A stretch of 39,067 bases of DNA. Origin: a virus. The notes below the pieces were generated by a model, which saw nothing but the letters and a program-made list of their open reading frames with translations, was not told the origin of the DNA and made no database searches. How positions within the stretch are numbered: the first letter of the stretch is position 1; every line of letters starts with the position of its first letter. A program made the translations under genes and the position numbers. The stretch lies in the IMG/VR virus record IMGVR_UViG_3300005326_000032; one strand, written 5' to 3'. Shown one piece after another: positions 34,683-39,067 of this stretch.

Positions 34683-34930
34683 AGAAAGAGGAAATGGGTG
34701 ATGTTGTTTTAAAAATAGGAAGCATAGAAGCTAATACTACACAGATAATGGCGAAGTTCTTTGTAGAGATTTTAATACCACTTAGAAATAAAAAGATTGA
34801 TTTAATAAAAGACTATCCTGCAAGCGACATTGTTACCTTTGCAGAGATATACACCTTTTGGAAACCAAACCAGAGGGCTGTTTTAGATTATTTTAAATAT
34901 AGAAACAAGAATGAAAAAAGACGAACTTAA
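34679..34930 (+). CDS. Hypothetical protein
   Basis: 83 aa. Same SD cassette AAGGAGGAAG and ATGA overlap. Confidence 0.55.
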   Translation: MKKEEMGDVVLKIGSIEANTTQIMAKFFVEILIPLRNKKIDLIKDYPASDIVTFAEIYTFWKPNQRAVLDYFKYRNKNEKRRT

Positions 34931-35174
34931 AGAGCAGATATTTGAAAAGATAGGACAAGCTAAAGAGGTAATCTTATCCGAAAACCCAGATGTGTTTATG
35001 ATTGACAAACTAGACATGGAGCTAACAGCCCTTATGAGTAGTGCCAACCTGGTACGAGCAGAGGCAGAGAACGAGGCTAATACTTGGAAGATGATAACTG
35101 GATCAACACAGGAAATTGTAAGAAGTTTAAGAAAGGTTCACGAAACCTTTAACACAGAAAGGAGGATGAACTAA
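34911..35174 (+). CDS. Hypothetical protein
   Basis: 87 aa, helical. Overlaps the upstream ORF end. Confidence 0.5.
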   Translation: MKKDELKEQIFEKIGQAKEVILSENPDVFMIDKLDMELTALMSSANLVRAEAENEANTWKMITGSTQEIVRSLRKVHETFNTERRMN

Positions 35175-35332
35175 TGTTTTGGACAATAGTATTAGCAGTA
35201 GCCTTTGTAGTATTTGTACTACCTTTGGTTCTCCAGATTATTGGAACAATTATAGCCGCCCTAGTTGAGAGTGATGCAAGATGGGTAGTATGGGTGCTAG
35301 TTATTATAGTTTTACTTATTTTAATTTTTTAA
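35174..35332 (+). CDS. 52-aa two-TM membrane protein (not in the ORF track)
   Basis: TAATG overlap, with SD GGAGGA upstream. Sequence MFWTIVLAVAFVVFVLPLVLQIIGTIIAALVESDARWVVWVLVIIVLLILIF. Confidence 0.45.
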   Translation: MFWTIVLAVAFVVFVLPLVLQIIGTIIAALVESDARWVVWVLVIIVLLILIF

Positions 35333-35343
35333 TATTGTATAAT

Positions 35344-35469
35344 ATGAAAGAAGATATAAAAGATGGTTTGAAATTAACACTACTTTTAATTGTCTTAGGG
35401 TTCTTTGGGTGTGTAGTGGTTTATTGGGGTATTTTAGTATTACTTTACATTTGGAGTTTAGCACAATGA
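35344..35469 (+). CDS. 41-aa membrane peptide
   Basis: Internal ATG of track ORF 35281-35469. Sequence MKEDIKDGLKLTLLLIVLGFFGCVVVYWGILVLLYIWSLAQ. The upstream part of the track ORF overlaps the better 52-aa ORF. Confidence 0.4.
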   Translation: MKEDIKDGLKLTLLLIVLGFFGCVVVYWGILVLLYIWSLAQ

Positions 35470-35666
35470 AGACAGTCTATCAGATAGCAAAAGACAACAA
35501 GTCGTATCCTGTAATAATTTACAAAAGAATACGAGCAAGGGGAATTAAGCCTAGAATAATTAAAGGTGTTATGTATTTAGACGAGTGCCAAGAAAAGCAA
35601 GTTTTAACTTATGCTAAGAGAGGAAGGAAAAGTGTCAAAGATAACAAAAACAACACTAGGACATAA
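35466..35666 (+). CDS. Small basic, possibly HTH DNA-binding protein
   Basis: 66 aa from ATG 35466 (ATGA overlap). Basic C-terminus. Confidence 0.35.
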   Translation: MKTVYQIAKDNKSYPVIIYKRIRARGIKPRIIKGVMYLDECQEKQVLTYAKRGRKSVKDNKNNTRT

Positions 35667-35994
35667 ACTAGACAAGGCTTGGAGTAAGGCAATTCTTTCA
35701 AAGGGGAAGTGCGAGGTGTGTGGAAATGTTTAAAATCTAAACCCACACCACTATGTTTCAAGAAGTAACAGGATGTTAAGGTGGGACTTAAAAAATGGTA
35801 TTTGTTGCTGTGTTGGGTGTCATTTATTCAAAAACAACTCTTTTCATAAGAACCCAGAATGGGGGCATTTTTGGATGGAAGACCACCGTTGGGAAGATTT
35901 GCAGTATATTGTTTGTAATATGAATGAGATTAAAAAGTGGAGTATAGAGGATATGCAAGAGCAACTTAAATTATTACAAGATTACAATGGTTAA
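35611..35994 (+). pseudogene. NinG/Rap-like nuclease reading frame interrupted by an in-frame TAA (35731-35733)
   Basis: A single frame reads …KCEVCGNV*NLNPHHYVSRSNRMLRWDLKNGICCCVGCH… The CxxCG and HHY.SR…R.D..N…C..CH blocks of one NinG-like domain lie on opposite sides of the stop. Confidence 0.55.
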
Positions 35995-36092
35995 ACTCTT
36001 AATTACAGCACCATATGATTTTGAGGTTAGTTTAGAAAAGACTGTTAAATGGACAATGAACCATCCACACTGGTTAGGTAGTCGTTAGGTAA

Positions 36093-36122
36093 TTGACATC
36101 GTAACTTGAGTGGGGGTATATT
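36093..36122 (+). promoter_or_regulatory. Sigma70-type promoter TTGACA-N18-TATATT
   Basis: Perfect -35 at 36093-36098 and -10-like TATATT at 36117-36122, upstream of ATG 36148. Confidence 0.4.
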
Positions 36123-36147
36123 GAATATAATTTACTTTATTACTGCC

Positions 36148-36462
36148 ATGAATAAAGGAGAAGCCGACTTTGTTACATCTAGTATAGGGCTAATAGCGTA
36201 CTTGATGTGGCACGATATTTACCCAGACGATTTAACATTTGACCCACACAGGGCTTGTATCTACAGATGTAGGAAAATCAACTGGCCAGAGTTAATCAAC
36301 AGTTATTGGTTAGGCGAGAAGTTACCCATTTGTGAATTATCAGAGTGTATTGTAGTTTCAGAGCGTATCTTAAACAAGGGTGAAATCAACCACGAGTGGT
36401 ACAAGGAACTCAAGGAAGCACTAGACGATTTAAGGGCTGATTATGTATTCCCTGTAATGTGA
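36148..36462 (+). CDS. Hypothetical protein
   Basis: 104 aa from ATG 36148; the track TTG start at 36106 falls inside the promoter spacer. Confidence 0.45.
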   Translation: MNKGEADFVTSSIGLIAYLMWHDIYPDDLTFDPHRACIYRCRKINWPELINSYWLGEKLPICELSECIVVSERILNKGEINHEWYKELKEALDDLRADYVFPVM

Positions 36463-36464
36463 AA

Positions 36465-36473
36465 TGGTATAAT
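36465..36473 (+). promoter_or_regulatory. Extended -10 promoter TGGTATAAT
   Basis: Family motif. A GCGAGGAT box (SD-like) follows at 36491-36498, before ATG 36503. Confidence 0.5.
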
Positions 36474-36502
36474 ATATATAGATAAATTAAGCGAGGATAG
36501 TG

Positions 36503-37075
36503 ATGTTTGAAGAGTTTAAATGGTACGAACACTTAGGAAAATATAAGTCTGCATGGGAAGGACATATTCTTTACATTTACAACCAGATACCCGTTTGGAA
36601 GCCAAAGGTTATTGTTGAACTTGGGGTGTATTTAGGACACTCGCTTGCTACAATGGCAGAGAGTTGTTTAGATAACGAGTTACCAACTAAGCTGTATGGT
36701 GTGGATCACTTCATAGGAGACGAACACAGTGGGAAGTTTGGTAATGAGATAGAGAACATAGCAATGGAAACTCTCAACCAGTACCCTAATGTAAAAGTAA
36801 TCAAAAAGACATTTAATGAAGCACTTAGAGGTTGGAACAAGCCCATAGACTTGTTACACATTGATGGTAGGCATTTTTACGAGGACATTAAAGAAGACTT
36901 TGAAAACTGGAGTAAGTTTGTACCTAAGGGTGGGCGTATTATACTTCATGATACTCAGGTAACAGAGAGAGGTTTTGGTGTTAAGCAGTATTTTAGAGAA
37001 CTACAAGAGCAACATCCGGAGTGGACATTTAGTGAGCGACTTAACTCAAACGGACTAGGTCAAATACAAAAATGA
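36503..37075 (+). CDS. Class I SAM-dependent (O-)methyltransferase, Methyltransf_24-like
   Basis: 190 aa. VELGVYLGHS (motif I) and IDLLHIDGRHFYEDIKEDFENWSKFVPKGGRIILHD, typical of sugar O-methyltransferase-like enzymes. Confidence 0.65.
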   Translation: MFEEFKWYEHLGKYKSAWEGHILYIYNQIPVWKPKVIVELGVYLGHSLATMAESCLDNELPTKLYGVDHFIGDEHSGKFGNEIENIAMETLNQYPNVKVIKKTFNEALRGWNKPIDLLHIDGRHFYEDIKEDFENWSKFVPKGGRIILHDTQVTERGFGVKQYFRELQEQHPEWTFSERLNSNGLGQIQK

Positions 37076-37683
37076 AAAGAATAGCGGTAACATTTGAACA
37101 CGACCACTCAGACATGACCGGTATTTGGAAGGACTATTACTCAAAGTATTTAGACATTAAAATAGTTAAGATAGGGGATATTTTAAGAAGAGACTGGGGT
37201 GCCACTTATTCTTTGCTTAACTCCCTACAAGAAGAGTTGTTTAAGGAGTACGACTTAATCTTGTTTGCTGATATTGATGAGATAGTGGTAGCCAATCCAG
37301 AGAAGTATAAGGATTTAGGAGAGTATTTGGATAGGGTTAAAGAGAGTGCAGTAAGGTGTGTTGGTTATAATGTACTACAAATGGTAGGGGATAAGCCCAT
37401 AGACCTAAGTAAACCTATACTATCGCAAAGGACTCATTGGAGTAGAGATGAAATGTACGATAAGTGTGTGATAATAACAAAGCCTCAAGTGTATTTAAGT
37501 AATCATCGTGTAAAGGGTACTACTCTGCTTGATGCAGACTTAATTATGTTACATCTAAGAGACATTGATGTTGATTTGGTTAAGGAAAGAAACAAGAAAA
37601 TAGGTGCAGTTTATAATGAAAGAGACCTAGAGCATAGGCGATCAATAGCTAATTTAATACCAGGGAAGTGGAAACTAATATGA
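37072..37683 (+). CDS. GT-A fold glycosyltransferase-like protein (Glyco_tranf_2_4-like, tentative)
   Basis: 203 aa. The LILFADIDEIVV D-x-D-E motif is in the expected context. ATGA overlap with the methyltransferase gene. Confidence 0.45.
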   Translation: MKRIAVTFEHDHSDMTGIWKDYYSKYLDIKIVKIGDILRRDWGATYSLLNSLQEELFKEYDLILFADIDEIVVANPEKYKDLGEYLDRVKESAVRCVGYNVLQMVGDKPIDLSKPILSQRTHWSRDEMYDKCVIITKPQVYLSNHRVKGTTLLDADLIMLHLRDIDVDLVKERNKKIGAVYNERDLEHRRSIANLIPGKWKLI

Positions 37684-38483
37684 AATATCTTGTATACAAC
37701 CATCATAACTTTTGGCAATGGGAACCAAGTAATAGTGATTTAGCAGGTGCAGAAGTGGTGTTTATGTGGGCAGACTTTCCGTTTGCTCAACATGTGAGGA
37801 CACTTAAGGGGTTAGGAAAGAAAGTAGTTGTGTTTGAACATGGCTTTGGTGCTTTGTATGACTATGAATTAAACAGTAGAGAGCCAATGGCTGATGGGTA
37901 CTTGGCATTAGGGCAGGGAAGTTTTATGTCTTTAGTAAGAAAGGGTGTGCCAATGAGTAAAATACTAATAACAGGTAATCCAATTTATGACGACATTAAA
38001 AAGACAAAGCACACAGGCAACAAGGCTTTGTTTGTAGCATTGCACTGGGTGAAAGATATGTCTATTTATAATCAGGTACTCTTTGACCAGTTAGTTAAGG
38101 CATACCCAGAGCTAGACTGGACTGTAAAACTTATTGACAAGTCAGGGGATATTACAACAGACAAGGGTAAGTGGTTTAACAATGTAGAGAGTGATACTAT
38201 TTTAGCAGACATTAAAGAGAAACTACCTAGTTACGACATGGTGTTTACTCCTAATCCGTCTACATTTGAAAGCTTTGCAAGGCTTATGGGAATACCCGTG
38301 TATGTAGTAGACGAGCATGAAGCTTTTAAGGCGAGTGGAGAGCCAAACAGAATGCCAATGAACAACACATACTTAAAAATAGGAGATAAACTACCAAGGC
38401 AAAAGAAAATTGACATGGATTATCATATACAACGACCTAGTTTAGACTTAATTGATGTTGCCATTTGGGCTACACAACTATGA
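37680..38483 (+). CDS. GT-B/TagF-like transferase (tentative)
   Basis: 267 aa from ATG 37680 (ATGA overlap). ILITGNPIYDDI…NKALFVALHW…YDMVFTPNPSTFESFARLMGIPVYVV is reminiscent of CDP-glycerol glycerophosphotransferase-type motifs. Confidence 0.35.
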   Translation: MKYLVYNHHNFWQWEPSNSDLAGAEVVFMWADFPFAQHVRTLKGLGKKVVVFEHGFGALYDYELNSREPMADGYLALGQGSFMSLVRKGVPMSKILITGNPIYDDIKKTKHTGNKALFVALHWVKDMSIYNQVLFDQLVKAYPELDWTVKLIDKSGDITTDKGKWFNNVESDTILADIKEKLPSYDMVFTPNPSTFESFARLMGIPVYVVDEHEAFKASGEPNRMPMNNTYLKIGDKLPRQKKIDMDYHIQRPSLDLIDVAIWATQL

Positions 38484-38734
38484 GTAGTGATATAAGTAAA
38501 CCAACAACAACCAGAACCAAGCAAGACATTAAAAATTATGAGGAAAACTGGGATAGAATATTTGGTAAAAGAGATAGGCTTAAAAAACAACTGGCCCAAA
38601 TTAACCTTGAAAGACATAATATAATCAATAGTCTACAAGCTAAAAGAAACAGATCACAAACAACCGAGGATAAGCTAGAGGTATTAAAGAAAAAGAGAAC
38701 AAAAATAATAAAAGAATTAGATAGGTTAAAATAG
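38480..38734 (+). CDS. Basic coiled-coil protein
   Basis: 84 aa from ATG 38480 (ATGA overlap). K/R-rich. Confidence 0.45.
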   Translation: MSSDISKPTTTRTKQDIKNYEENWDRIFGKRDRLKKQLAQINLERHNIINSLQAKRNRSQTTEDKLEVLKKKRTKIIKELDRLK

Positions 38735-38743
38735 TGGTATAAT
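38735..38743 (+). promoter_or_regulatory. Extended -10 promoter TGGTATAAT
   Basis: Family motif 27 nt upstream of ATG 38771. Confidence 0.5.
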
Positions 38744-38770
38744 TAAATATAGTTTAACCCATAATTAGTA

Positions 38771-39058
38771 ATGCTAAAGAAAGTAAAAGACATAGTACAA
38801 GACAGTGAGAACAAAGCTATTATTCAAAGACACACCTATGAAGATTTAATGATAGTCTATGATGAGCTTGCAATACTTGATAGTGCACTGCGAGGTTTAT
38901 GGGGGATAACATTAACAACTGATGACGAAAAGGTTAAGAGTGATAATTACAAATGGTTAATTGAAATGGGTGTAGGAAAGGCGAGGCAGAATGTAGACAT
39001 GACAAGTCAGGGAGAGAAGATAACTGCGGGGATATTCGTTGATGATACAAACATATAA
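38771..39058 (+). CDS. Putative small terminase subunit (by position only)
   Basis: 95 aa. Its end overlaps the terL start (39039 corresponds to position 95) across the terminal repeat. No motif recognised. Confidence 0.35.
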   Translation: MLKKVKDIVQDSENKAIIQRHTYEDLMIVYDELAILDSALRGLWGITLTTDDEKVKSDNYKWLIEMGVGKARQNVDMTSQGEKITAGIFVDDTNI

Positions 39059-39067
39059 ACCACATAA
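38945..39067. repeat. Terminal direct repeat, copy 2 (identical to 1-123)
   Basis: Same 123-nt string as the window start. It is either a circular-assembly overlap or a genuine terminal redundancy. Confidence 0.95.

Noticed and set aside
35281-35469. The track start for ORF 35281. The same applies to TTG/GTG or early starts at 30676, 29165, 36106, 37668 and 38465.
   Set aside because: Downstream ATGs (35344, 30736, 29207, 36148, 37680, 38480) fit the ATGA/TAATG coupling or promoter positions better. The upstream extensions overlap promoters or better ORFs.

Overview
The window is a complete tailed dsDNA bacteriophage genome. Bases 1-123 are identical to 38945-39067, so the unique unit is 38,944 bp, either a circular-assembly overlap or a true terminal redundancy. 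All recognised genes but one lie on the + strand.

Gene order:
- Packaging and head: putative small terminase (38771-39058, wraps into 1-114), large terminase, portal, scaffold, HK97-fold major capsid.
- Neck and tail: adaptor-like protein, a 1145-aa collagen-like/beta-helix tail fibre, further fibre and tail proteins. No tape measure, tube or sheath was recognised, so the architecture looks podovirus-like.
- Virion and lysis: LysM protein and large internal-virion-like proteins, then a lysis cassette with an M23 peptidase and several small TM proteins.
- Early region: many small ORFs, including a metallophosphoesterase, a Rad52/Sak-type annealase and a NinG-like nuclease interrupted by an in-frame TAA.

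The most unusual content is an RtcB RNA ligase gene inside the only RNA-gene cluster, which holds tRNA-Met, tRNA-Pro and four structured, partly tRNA-like RNAs. This cluster is flanked by paralogous ORFs.

Other notable points:
- Six sugar-modification enzymes (glycosyltransferases and methyltransferases) sit in three loci next to virion genes.
- A 40-aa stand-alone ORF resembles the glycyl-radical C-terminus of class III RNR.
- There are four HNH endonucleases. One is on the minus strand, bracketed by inverted repeats, and splits a promoter/leader from its gene.
- A family of about 11 TG(G/T)TATAAT extended -10 promoters is present.
- Virion genes share SD-less 'ATGGC' starts.

LysM, M23 and glucosaminidase-like genes point to a bacterial host with peptidoglycan, and the ORFs read intact under the standard code. 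No integrase, DNA polymerase, primase or helicase was recognised. Every functional call comes from motifs read by eye; no database search was run.
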